A DNA stretch of 64,000 bases from Candidatus Sulfotelmatobacter sp. Lineage in GTDB: Bacteria > Acidobacteriota > Terriglobia > Terriglobales > Acidobacteriaceae. Positions 24,227 to 37,705 of this stretch are shown in pieces. The first letter of the stretch is position 1. Every line of letters starts with the position of its first letter. A program made the position numbers and the translations under genes. The notes under the pieces were generated by a model that saw only the letters and a list, made by a program, of their open reading frames with translations, did not search any database and was not told the origin of the DNA. The stretch is from assembly GCA_036514015.1 (NCBI GenBank), contig DATBYA010000115.1:24113-88112 (forward strand), in the 5' to 3' direction.

Positions 24227-25534
24227 GTGTCCAACTCGGATCTGACGTCGATTCTTTTCGTGCTCTTGCTTCTGGTCGGGCTGGCACAGTTGCTGGGCTA
24301 TCTTTTTGTAAAACTGCGACAGCCCAGGGTTGTCGGCGAAATCCTGGCTGGGATTGTGCTCGGCCCGGCCATCCTCGGCCGGTTCGGGTTCGCCACCACT
24401 CTCGTGGAAGCCACCAAGCATCAGCAAAGCATTTTGAACTTTGTGTACTGGCTCGGCCTGCTGTTGCTGATGTTTCTGTCCGGAGCGGAAACGCGACACC
24501 TGTTCAGCCGCGAAGAGCGCCGCGAAGTGGGTTGGCTGGTCATCGTGGGAACCGGCATCCCTTTTGTCCTTGGATTGACGCTGGGGCCGTGGCTGATTCG
24601 CCCCTCGCTGGCCGGTCCTAACGGCAACCGTATCTCGCTCATCATCATTCTGGCGGTGGGCGTCGCGGTGACTTCGGTTCCGGTGGTCTCGAAGATTTTC
24701 GCCGACCTGCAGATCCTTCACACTCGCTTCGCTCGCCTCATTCTCGGCGTAGCTGTGCTGGAAGACATCGTACTCTGGCTTGCTCTGGCATTGGCGACCG
24801 CGATGGCTGGAAAAACCGTGCTCAACCCGCGGCAAATGTCGTATCACCTGATCACCACGGTCGGGTTCTTTGGACTGGGGCTGACCATCGTCCCCCGAAT
24901 CGTAAAGCGAATTAACAAGTCACGATTCAACGTTTTCGCAAAACACTCGCCGTTAGCCTACGCCCTCGCGGTCCTGCTGGGATACTGCGTGGTGGCAGGA
25001 GCGCTCGACGTCAGCCTGGTATTTGCCGCCTTTCTCGCGGGGTTCGCCGTGGTTCATAAGAAGCGCAAGCTGTTTACGGAATCGCTGGACGCCATCGGGA
25101 AGGTGTCGTTCGCATTCTTTATTCCTGTCTACTTCGCCTTAGTGGGATTGAAGCTCGATCTTGTCCGCGGCTTTTCGTTGTGGATGGTGGCGGCGTTCCT
25201 GGTCGGGAGCTGCGCGGTCAAGATTGTTTCCGTGTCCCTGGCGGGGCGATTGGCCGGGTTCCGCGGGTTGGATTTGCTCAATCTTGCCATTACGACGAAC
25301 GCACGTGGCGGACCGGGCATCGTGCTGGCGAGCGTGGCATTCGATGCTGGCATCATCAGCGCGGAGTTCTACACGACACTCGTTCTCGCTGCCATCCTGA
25401 CCTCGCAGGCCGCGGGCGTATGGCTCGATTCCGTGCTGCGCAAAGGTTGGCCGCTGCTGACCCCGGTTGCTGGCGGCGCGGCGGCCGTCGTCTCCTCGAA
25501 GCAAACTGATCCGCTGCCGGATATTGTGCTTTAG
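24227..25534 (+). CDS. Cation:proton antiporter (CPA family, Na_H_Exchanger domain)
   Basis: 435 aa with ~12 TM. LGYLFVKLRQPRVVGEILAGIVLGPAILG is typical of the family N-terminus. Confidence 0.8.
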   Translation: MSNSDLTSILFVLLLLVGLAQLLGYLFVKLRQPRVVGEILAGIVLGPAILGRFGFATTLVEATKHQQSILNFVYWLGLLLLMFLSGAETRHLFSREERREVGWLVIVGTGIPFVLGLTLGPWLIRPSLAGPNGNRISLIIILAVGVAVTSVPVVSKIFADLQILHTRFARLILGVAVLEDIVLWLALALATAMAGKTVLNPRQMSYHLITTVGFFGLGLTIVPRIVKRINKSRFNVFAKHSPLAYALAVLLGYCVVAGALDVSLVFAAFLAGFAVVHKKRKLFTESLDAIGKVSFAFFIPVYFALVGLKLDLVRGFSLWMVAAFLVGSCAVKIVSVSLAGRLAGFRGLDLLNLAITTNARGGPGIVLASVAFDAGIISAEFYTTLVLAAILTSQAAGVWLDSVLRKGWPLLTPVAGGAAAVVSSKQTDPLPDIVL

Positions 25535-25671
25535 CGCACAGGAGCAGCTGACCTCGCGCGCTGGCTCTGCTCTTGTCCTCCGTCAAGCGTGGATCGAATC
25601 GGCCGGGGTTTCGCAGTACTTCAGGGCCCGCGCTAAAGCTAGAAAAAAACCGCAAAAATATCTCTTGACTT

Positions 25672-25695
25672 AGTGTACTAGTTCTGTAGTACACT
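25672..25695. promoter_or_regulatory. Perfect 9-bp inverted repeat; candidate GntR/YtrA-type operator overlapping the gntR promoter
   Basis: AGTGTACTA (25672..25680), N6, TAGTACACT (25687..25695). TTGACT lies at 25665..25670 immediately upstream. The gntR ATG is at 25703. Confidence 0.4.
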
Positions 25696-25702
25696 GATAC
25701 GC

Positions 25703-26125
25703 ATGGGAAGGAATGGCAACCCGCTCCGGTTCGCGATCGACCTCCACAGCGGCATGCCCGTCTACCGCCAGCTGATCGACCAGGTGCGCAGCGGGATCGC
25801 TTCGGGCTCGCTGCTCGCGGGAGATCAGCTGCCCACGGTGCGCCAGCTCGCCGTCGATCTTGCCATCAATCCCAACACCGTGATGCGGGCGTATCGCGAA
25901 TTGGAACTTGGCGGCCTGCTGGAAACGCATCAGGGCACGGGGACGTTCATTACGAAAAAGAAGCTGGAGAAGAATTCCGCGGAGCGCGAACGCCAACTCG
26001 GCCAGATGGCCGGAGAATTCGCGGCCCGCGCCGGCGCCGCCGGATTCACTCTCGAAGATCTGATCGATCGTCTGCGCGACTTGCTGCCTGGTCCTGCACC
26101 GGCCCGCCCCACACAAAGGAGATAG
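25703..26125 (+). CDS. GntR-family transcriptional regulator (short YtrA-like type)
   Basis: PVYRQLIDQVRSGIASGSLLAGDQLPTVRQLAVDLAINPNTVMRAYRELELGGLLETHQGTGTFI is a winged-HTH of the GntR family. The C-terminal part is short. Confidence 0.85.
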   Translation: MGRNGNPLRFAIDLHSGMPVYRQLIDQVRSGIASGSLLAGDQLPTVRQLAVDLAINPNTVMRAYRELELGGLLETHQGTGTFITKKKLEKNSAERERQLGQMAGEFAARAGAAGFTLEDLIDRLRDLLPGPAPARPTQRR

Positions 26126-26130
26126 ACGTC

Positions 26131-27000
26131 ATGGCGAAAATTCGAATGAACGAAGTCAGTGGTATCGCCCTCTTGCTGTTCGTCATTAGCATCGTGATTG
26201 GTCTCGCGGTTTCTCAGGCGGTTCACCATCCCGCGCCGGCCGTTTTCGGAGCGCTGGTGGGCGTTTACTTTTTGTTTGCCATCAAGGTGGTGCGCCAGTG
26301 GGAAAAAGTCGCCGTCCTGCGGGTGGGCCGGTACGTCGGCCTGCGCGGCCCCGGCTTGTGCCACATTGTTCCCATCATTGAAACCCTCAGCCCTTACGTA
26401 GACCAGCGCGTGCGCGTCGCCAGCGTCTCTGCCGAATCCACGCTTACGCGCGACACCGTTCCGGTGAACGTCGACGCCATCGTCTTCTGGATGGTATGGA
26501 ACGCCGAGAAGTCCATTCTCGAAGTCGAGAACTTCATCGAAGCCATCACCCTGAGCGCGCAAACGGCGCTGCGCGAATCCATTGGCCGCCACGAGCTGGC
26601 ACAGATGATTACCGAGCGCGAAACCCTGGGCCGAGAATTGCAGCGCATTCTCGACGAAAAGACGAATCCCTGGGGCATCACCGTGCAATCGGTCGAAATT
26701 CGTGACGTGAAAATCCCTCAAGGTTTAGAAGATGCCATGTCGCGCCAGGCGCAGGCCGAGCGCGAGCGGCAGGCTCGAATCATTCTGGGGCAGGCAGAAA
26801 AGGAAATCGCCGATAGCTTCGTGCAGGCCGCAGCCTCTTACGATAAAAACCCCGTGGCCTTGCATCTGCGCGCCATGAACATGCTTTACGAAGCCATCAA
26901 GGAAAAGGGTTCGATGGTGATCGTGCCTTCGTCGGCAGTCGAGACGATGGGCCTCGGCGGAACCCTCGCAACCGCGTCACTCGGCGGAGCAAAACCCTAA
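26131..27000 (+). CDS. SPFH/band-7 (stomatin-like) membrane protein
   Basis: N-terminal TM, then VRQWEKVAVLRVGRYVGLRGPGLCHIVPIIE...DTVPVNVDAIVFWMV...ALRESIGRHELAQMI...WGITVQSVEIRDVKIP. Confidence 0.85.
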   Translation: MAKIRMNEVSGIALLLFVISIVIGLAVSQAVHHPAPAVFGALVGVYFLFAIKVVRQWEKVAVLRVGRYVGLRGPGLCHIVPIIETLSPYVDQRVRVASVSAESTLTRDTVPVNVDAIVFWMVWNAEKSILEVENFIEAITLSAQTALRESIGRHELAQMITERETLGRELQRILDEKTNPWGITVQSVEIRDVKIPQGLEDAMSRQAQAERERQARIILGQAEKEIADSFVQAAASYDKNPVALHLRAMNMLYEAIKEKGSMVIVPSSAVETMGLGGTLATASLGGAKP

Positions 27001-27036
27001 CAATTCAAACTGAATAGGTCGAAAGGAGCACCACGT

Positions 27037-27729
27037 ATGAATCGCATACTCGAAGTGTGTCTAGTCGCATTAGCGTTCGCAACAAACCTCACGCCTGTCT
27101 CGCATGCACAATCTCCGGCACTGCAAAGAGGCATCAGCGTCCAGATGCCTCAAACCAGTAACGCAGTGCCCGTGCCTGAAGCAGACGATGGGGACGCGTG
27201 GATTGTCACGGTGTCAGCCGACGGCAGCATGTACTTCGGAACCGATCCAGTCACGGCCCCGAGTTTGGCAGACGAGATGAAGAAGCGTCCCCGCAATCGC
27301 GAGCAAAAGCTCTACGTAAAAGCCGACGCTCGTAGTGCATTTGCTCCTGTGGAAAGCGTTCTTGAAGCAGGCCGGTCGGTCTTCTTTAACACAGCTGTGC
27401 TGCTGACATCCCAAGCCGAATCGGCGGCCCCGGGGACTATCGTCTCACCGAGAGGCCTGGAAGTAATGGTTGGCCGGGCGTTGCCCGCAGGCACAGTAAC
27501 AACCGTTGTGCAACTGCGCCACTCCGGACAGCAACGGCCGGCGCTGACGATCAACGGTGATGAGATTTCCTGGTCTGCTCTGGAAAGTACACTGAGACGG
27601 CACTTCCAGAACGGCGATGAGAAAGCGGTTCTTCTGAAAGCGGACGCGCGATTACCATTTGCGGATGTCGTGCAGGCGGTGGATGCATGCCGTGCAAGCG
27701 GAGCCACAGTCGTTCTGGGCAACCAGTAA
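27037..27729 (+). CDS. Secreted protein with two ExbD/TolR-like periplasmic-domain repeats
   Basis: Cleavable signal MNRILEVCLVALAFATNLTPVSHAQ. There are two units of the pattern ...dG.i...g..vs...L...l......vylKADarvpya.vv.v.da.r..G...v.L (KLYVKADARSAFAPVESVLEAGR...; AVLLKADARLPFADVVQAVDACRASGATVVL). Assignment is by eye only. Confidence 0.5.
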   Translation: MNRILEVCLVALAFATNLTPVSHAQSPALQRGISVQMPQTSNAVPVPEADDGDAWIVTVSADGSMYFGTDPVTAPSLADEMKKRPRNREQKLYVKADARSAFAPVESVLEAGRSVFFNTAVLLTSQAESAAPGTIVSPRGLEVMVGRALPAGTVTTVVQLRHSGQQRPALTINGDEISWSALESTLRRHFQNGDEKAVLLKADARLPFADVVQAVDACRASGATVVLGNQ

Positions 27730-27770
27730 ATGCAATTTGTAGCAATCAGACTTCAAGCGAGGAGGACCTT

Positions 27771-28313
27771 ATGAAGCCACAGTCGATGCGCGCTCCAACG
27801 GCCGATCACTTCCATCGCGGGCTGGCGGCTGTTGTCTCGCTGGCAGTAGGTGGGGCCTTCCTCGCTTTGTGGTTCTGGTTGTTGCCGGGATGGCTGGGTT
27901 TCACTGTGGAGATGGCGGGCGCCGCGCGCTGGCGATGGCTGGCCGCAATTCCGTCGGCGCTGGGATTTGCGGTCGCCTCACGCTGCATCTGGGACTTCGG
28001 TTGGGCGGGACGTGGTACGCCTGCCCCCGTCGTTCCGCCGAAAAAATTGGTGGTGGTCGGGTTCTATCGACACGTACGTAATCCCATGTACGTGGGCTTT
28101 GCGGCAGGATGGGTCGGCCTGTGGGTCATCTTCGGGCATCCCAATCCACGAGTGATTGCAGCCGTCGCAGCGGTTGCTGTCGCGGTGCGTCTGTTCGTCG
28201 TGTTTTATGAAGAGCCGACATTGCGCAAGAAATTCGGACCGGAGTACGAGCAGTATCTCGGAAACGTAAGCCGCTGGTGGCCGCGTCTATGGGGCTGGGA
28301 TCCTCCCCAGTGA
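27771..28313 (+). CDS. Membrane methyltransferase of the ICMT/PEMT-like family
   Basis: ATG 27771 is preceded by GAGGAGG. Four TM helices, and LVVVGFYRHVRNPMYVGFAAGWVGLW matches the G.Y...R[HN]P.Y motif of isoprenylcysteine carboxyl / phospholipid methyltransferase-like proteins. Confidence 0.7.
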   Translation: MKPQSMRAPTADHFHRGLAAVVSLAVGGAFLALWFWLLPGWLGFTVEMAGAARWRWLAAIPSALGFAVASRCIWDFGWAGRGTPAPVVPPKKLVVVGFYRHVRNPMYVGFAAGWVGLWVIFGHPNPRVIAAVAAVAVAVRLFVVFYEEPTLRKKFGPEYEQYLGNVSRWWPRLWGWDPPQ

Positions 28314-28361
28314 GCAACGCACCTCTAGGGCGATTTCGCTGCTGACGAATTTCCGGGAGGT

Positions 28362-29393
28362 ATGAAGCACATGAATCGCTTACTCGCAGTGGGTTTCCTG
28401 ACTTTGACTTTAGCTGTGAGCGTCGGGCGCGGACAAGAACGTACACCAGCGTCTGTGCCCTGGCACGATCCATCGAAACACATCGTGCAGTTCGTGAAGG
28501 TGGAAGACGGCGTTCAACTGGAGGTTCTGGATTGGGGCGGAACAGGACGCCCGATTGTGCTGCTGGCAGGGCTCGGATTCACGGCGCATGTCTTCGACGG
28601 CTTCGCCGAGAAGTTAACTGATTCGTATCACGTGTACGGTATCACGCGTCGGGGATACGGAGCCTCCAGCCTGCCTAAATCGGGGTATGGGGAGCAGCGC
28701 CGAGCTGAGGACGACCTGCGAGTTTTCGATGCTCTCAAGTTGGTTGCACCGGTTGTGGTCGGCCATTCCGTCGCGGGAGATGAATTGTCTCAATTGGGTA
28801 TATTTCACCCCGAGCGGATCGGCGCCCTCGTCTATCTCGATGCCCTCAACGACGGCACCGACGACTACACCGAATATGATGCGCTCTGCAATAAATTGCC
28901 GGAACCTATGGGGAAGCCGCCGACCCCTTCACCCTCTGGCCTGGAATCATTCTCAGGGTACCGCGACTGGCGCGGGCGGACTGAGGGAATTCGAATTCCG
29001 GAAGCCGAGTTTCGAAATAATTTTGCGGAAAATCCTGATGGAAGTGTGGGCAGCCGTAAAGCCCCGTCATACGTTCCTGAGGGCATCATGGGAGGGGATC
29101 GCAAGCACGATTATTCCCGGATTCGCGTGCCGGTACTGGCATTTGTGGGATATCCAGCACCGCCCCAGGATCAGATACGCGAGAATCATGTGATGGACGC
29201 AGGAGAACGTACCGTCGTTGAGGCGGTCTTCGGCACTTACGTGGCCATGGCCAGAATTCGGATAGAACGGATCAACCGCGCCGCACGCGGTGCTCGCGTG
29301 GTTGAGTTATGGGGCGCAAACCACTTTGTTTTCCTCTCGAACGCGGCGGACGTGCTCCGCGAGACCCGAGCTTTTATAGCAGGTTTGAAGTAA
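28362..29393 (+). CDS. Secreted alpha/beta-fold hydrolase
   Basis: Signal peptide MKHMNRLLAVGFLTLTLAVSVGRG, GTGRPIVLLAGLGFTAHVFD, nucleophile elbow VVVGHSVAGDE. Confidence 0.75.
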   Translation: MKHMNRLLAVGFLTLTLAVSVGRGQERTPASVPWHDPSKHIVQFVKVEDGVQLEVLDWGGTGRPIVLLAGLGFTAHVFDGFAEKLTDSYHVYGITRRGYGASSLPKSGYGEQRRAEDDLRVFDALKLVAPVVVGHSVAGDELSQLGIFHPERIGALVYLDALNDGTDDYTEYDALCNKLPEPMGKPPTPSPSGLESFSGYRDWRGRTEGIRIPEAEFRNNFAENPDGSVGSRKAPSYVPEGIMGGDRKHDYSRIRVPVLAFVGYPAPPQDQIRENHVMDAGERTVVEAVFGTYVAMARIRIERINRAARGARVVELWGANHFVFLSNAADVLRETRAFIAGLK

Positions 29394-29462
29394 CAGACGA
29401 CCGCTCGCAGAGAGGGAACAAGAGCTGGGACACCAGGCCCGCCCCTTCTATCGCGCCCTTAC

Positions 29463-33899
<4,437 letters not shown>

Positions 33900-34053
33900 C
33901 CGTACTTATGTAGGGACAGCCGCCTCGGCTATTCTATCGAGCAAAGCCTTAACCTAAGCTCGCCGAATCCATTCGCGTTCGTATGGCACGATGGCGACGC
34001 TTGCAAAAGTACGCGGCGCTCAATCCCCCAAAACTCCTACCGCATCAAGGCCA

Positions 34054-35337
34054 CTAGTTGACAAGATAATCCCTCACCTTTAGCAGAGCGACCATGGCCT
34101 GGCCGAGCCGCTCCGGGATCCAGTGGGCAAGGTATCCATCCGGAAATGTCCATTCGTCAGGGTGCTCTATGACGTCTCCTAACACATTCTTAGCAATGTA
34201 GTGGGTCGACGTATACCACAAGAGAAATATCTGCGCCTGAAAGCTCTCGTTCTCCTGCATGGACGTCGCTCGCTTCAGAGCGAGTTGATAAAAGAAGCTG
34301 TCAAGATCATCCTTTGGAGGGATTTCAATTGCTACCCGGGTCAGCCCTTGAATGAACCCCGAAATATACCAAGAGTAGGCCCGGCCTCGAATCGTGGTTA
34401 CAAGACCAGCGTAATTGGCACTCGCGAAATCAAAAAACATGCCGGCAAACCCTTTTACGAAGCGGCCCGCGACGGGGATATTGGCCGCTACGTCGATCGC
34501 CTTTTCCGCCAACACATCGCCTCCGCTCTTATCGAATACGCGGCGCTGGCTTTCTTTTAGAATGTCTTTCTTTCCTTCCTTTTCTTCTTTGGCTTCCTCT
34601 TCGGCTTGCTTCATCTTTTCAGCTAATTCTTTCCCTTCATCAGCCTTGTCTTGAAACTCCCTGGCTTTCTCATAGACTTTGAGGAGCTTTTCGGCTCGCT
34701 CCTCCATCTTGCCTAGTCCTCCGATCGAACTGTCGATTAAGGAGAGAGCCATGTCTTTTGGACCGTAGGGATTGTCCGGAATCGAAGCGGCCTTTTTGGC
34801 GTAGGCGTAGGCCACGTTGATCTCATTCTGGATGATCGCTGCGCCGGCTTGGATGTCAGCTCTCCACGTTTCCTGATGAAGTTCGACCTTAAAGGCTTGG
34901 GCTTTGGGGTGAAGGCTGTTTTCCGCCTTTGCCGCATCCTCCGCCCGTTTTCTAAACTCTCGCTTGTCATCCTCCTGTATGTTCTCCTCGGCTTTCTCCT
35001 GCATCGCACTGAGGACAGGAGTAAACCTGACGGCGGCCACGTACCAGTTTCCGTCCGCCATCCCGCTAAAGGAGAATGTCGCTTTAACGGTTTGCAGATT
35101 GCCGCGCCGGTCGGCTAGTCCCGGGGGCGCTTCCATAATTGCGTCCTTGCCTTGGGCGCTTCCCACCAGCCACTTGGCAGAAGCCCGAAGAATATTCGGG
35201 TGCCGGGTGTGATTCACCACATCCGCCATCCAGGGAAGAAGGGTGTGCTCCAACAGGGCTTTGGTTCGCGGTACGACGATTTGACGGACCTCTAAAGCGG
35301 AAAGATTGGGTTTCGGGTGGCTGGCGGGTTTTACCAT
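34054..35337 (-). CDS. Hypothetical protein (orphan; central Lys/Glu-rich coiled coil)
   Basis: Uninterrupted 427-aa ORF in a region of visibly lower GC (~50%). No signal peptide and no motif I recognise. The central stretch is KMEERAEKLLKVYEKAREFQDKADEGKELAEKMKQAEEEAKEEKEGKK. Confidence 0.55.
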   Translation of the reverse strand: MVKPASHPKPNLSALEVRQIVVPRTKALLEHTLLPWMADVVNHTRHPNILRASAKWLVGSAQGKDAIMEAPPGLADRRGNLQTVKATFSFSGMADGNWYVAAVRFTPVLSAMQEKAEENIQEDDKREFRKRAEDAAKAENSLHPKAQAFKVELHQETWRADIQAGAAIIQNEINVAYAYAKKAASIPDNPYGPKDMALSLIDSSIGGLGKMEERAEKLLKVYEKAREFQDKADEGKELAEKMKQAEEEAKEEKEGKKDILKESQRRVFDKSGGDVLAEKAIDVAANIPVAGRFVKGFAGMFFDFASANYAGLVTTIRGRAYSWYISGFIQGLTRVAIEIPPKDDLDSFFYQLALKRATSMQENESFQAQIFLLWYTSTHYIAKNVLGDVIEHPDEWTFPDGYLAHWIPERLGQAMVALLKVRDYLVN

Positions 35338-35750
35338 AACGAATCTTCCTTTTGTCTGTTGCCATTGATTTTGCGGACTTCAGCAAGCCGGACTTGACGG
35401 GCGTCGGGGCGACAGGGCAGACGCCCCGCTGCTTATCCCTCGACCACGTGCATCCCCGTGGAGGTCAGCCGAAAGCTTCCGAATCATCGAGTCGGCGACA
35501 CGGACGCGAGGGCTCCCCCCAGAGCCCACAGAGTCCGCCTTTGGTAGTCTTTGGTCACCGGCCGAACAAACATCCCGTGACCTAGCTCCCCCAAATGTTG
35601 TCGCGATGGTGACCCACACACCGATCTTTCGACAATAGCCGGAACCTTAAAAAGGCATTAATTCTTCATGAACGCCGTAACTGCGAGGAAAAACCCTCCC
35701 CGGATGGGCCTGGAGTACAATGGCGGGCACCCTCCCCAGGGTGGAGTGGT

Positions 35751-37673
35751 ATGCCTCTGGATCCGCTAATTCTTGAAGATAATCTTGAACTGGATCGGCG
35801 CGCCTATGAACTGCGGCGCTCCGGAAATCCCGTAAAGCTGTCACGCATTCCTATGGAATTGCTGCTCTTGCTGGTAGAGCGGCGCGGCGAATTAGTCACC
35901 CGGGATGAGATCGGCGAACGCATCTGGGGAAAAGGCGTCTTCGTCGATCGAGACAACAACATTAACGCGGCCATCCGCAAACTGCGTCAGGTGCTTCACG
36001 ACGATCCCGATCACCCTAAGTTCGTGCAAACGGTGACCGGCAGGGGATATCGGTTCATTGCGCCGGCGATGGACCCTGCCGATTTGACCTCAGTGTCCGT
36101 GGAATCCGATCCGCTGGCTGCACCCTTGGACTTCTCCCTCAGGGGAACTCTACCGCATCGGACCCCGCCCATCCATCTTCGAAGATTGTGGCTGATTCTT
36201 CCCGCAGTCGCCACCATCCTGATCGTCGCCGCCGGCGTTTATTTTCAGTGGTTTCGCTCCCGCGCCCATCCCCAAACCGCCGCCGGGCGGCTCATGCTTG
36301 CGGTTCTTCCCTTCCAGAACCTCACCGGCGATGCTAGCCAGGACTACTTCAGCGACGGCCTCACGGAAGAGATGATCGCCCAACTCGGCAACCTGGATCC
36401 GCAACATCTGGGAGTGATCGCACGGACATCGGTCATGCACTACAAAGGGACCTCGCAGAAACTGGATCAGATTGGCAGTGAACTCGGAGTCCAGTATGTC
36501 CTGGAAGGAAGCGTGCGGAGGAGTTCCGACAAAGTCCGGATCACGGCCCAACTCATTCAGGTCAAAGATCAGAGTCACATTTGGGCACGGCAGTACGATC
36601 GCGAACTCAGCAACCTGCTGGTTCTTCAAGCAGAGATTGCGCAGCAAATTGCCCAAGAAATTCAGCTCGGCCTGGCCTATTCCCGGGCCACGATCTCGGC
36701 TCATTCTCCGCCTCTCGGCCCTCAGGAATACGAGGCTTACGATCTTTATCTCAAAGGCCGCTATTTCTGGAACAAAAGAACGGCACGGGGCCTGGAGCAG
36801 GCGATCGAGTCTTTTCAGCAAGCCATCGCCAAGGATGCAAACTATGCCCGCGCTTATGCCGGCTTGGCCGATTCTTATGCGCTGCTGAGCGGGTATACTT
36901 TGATTCCCCAATCCGAGTCGATGCCGAAAGCGCGCGCAGCCGCGCTGAAGGCACTGGAACTCGACGACAGCCTCGCCGAAGCTCACACCTCACTGGCTTT
37001 AATCAGGGAGAATTACGACTGGGACTGGAAGACGGCAGAGAAGGAATATCTCCGCGCCATAGAGCTAAATCCCAACTACGCTACGGCCCATCACTGGTAT
37101 GCCGAATTCCTTTCCTGGCAGGGCCGCTTTGACGAAGCCTTCGCCGAGAGTGAGCGGGCACGCCAACTCGATCCCCTTTCATTGATTATCGCCTCCGACA
37201 ATGCTGCGATCCTGTATTACTCGCGTCAATATGACCGCGCGATTGCGCAGTGTCGCACGGTCCTCGAGATGGAGCCAGGTTTTCCCCGCGCCCGCTTGAT
37301 CGTAGCGGCCTACGTTGAAAAACGAGAGTTCGCCGAGGCGCTCGCCGACATCGAAAAATGGGATGACGCCGGACCGTGGACCTGGGCGTGGCGCGCTCAT
37401 GTCTATGGCCGCGCAGGTCATTCCGTTCAGGCCCGGCGGGCCTTAGAACAACTGCTTAAACTTCATCGCCGGCAACCGATCGGTCCTGACCCAGTTCTCT
37501 GGGCCTACATAGGCTTGGGCGACAAGGACAAAGCATTCCTCTGGTTCGAGAAGGCCTACGCCGAACATTCCAACGCGCTCATCAGCCTTCGAGTGAACCC
37601 CGCCTACGACTCCCTCCGCGTCGATCCCCGTTTCCAGTCCCTGATGCGCCGCGTGGGCTTAAGCTCCCATTGA
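35751..37673 (+). CDS. Membrane-anchored winged-helix (CadC/ToxR-like) transcriptional regulator with TPR domain
   Basis: OmpR/PhoB-type DNA-binding domain (LSRIPMELLLLLVERRGELVTRDEIGERIW...VTGRGYRFIAP). TM helix LWLILPAVATILIVAAGVYF. Then LAVLPFQNLTGDASQDYFSDGLTEEMI and C-terminal TPR repeats. Confidence 0.8.
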   Translation: MPLDPLILEDNLELDRRAYELRRSGNPVKLSRIPMELLLLLVERRGELVTRDEIGERIWGKGVFVDRDNNINAAIRKLRQVLHDDPDHPKFVQTVTGRGYRFIAPAMDPADLTSVSVESDPLAAPLDFSLRGTLPHRTPPIHLRRLWLILPAVATILIVAAGVYFQWFRSRAHPQTAAGRLMLAVLPFQNLTGDASQDYFSDGLTEEMIAQLGNLDPQHLGVIARTSVMHYKGTSQKLDQIGSELGVQYVLEGSVRRSSDKVRITAQLIQVKDQSHIWARQYDRELSNLLVLQAEIAQQIAQEIQLGLAYSRATISAHSPPLGPQEYEAYDLYLKGRYFWNKRTARGLEQAIESFQQAIAKDANYARAYAGLADSYALLSGYTLIPQSESMPKARAAALKALELDDSLAEAHTSLALIRENYDWDWKTAEKEYLRAIELNPNYATAHHWYAEFLSWQGRFDEAFAESERARQLDPLSLIIASDNAAILYYSRQYDRAIAQCRTVLEMEPGFPRARLIVAAYVEKREFAEALADIEKWDDAGPWTWAWRAHVYGRAGHSVQARRALEQLLKLHRRQPIGPDPVLWAYIGLGDKDKAFLWFEKAYAEHSNALISLRVNPAYDSLRVDPRFQSLMRRVGLSSH

Positions 37674-37705
37674 CATTTCCCTGATCGGCTGTCGGGGAGC
37701 GACCA

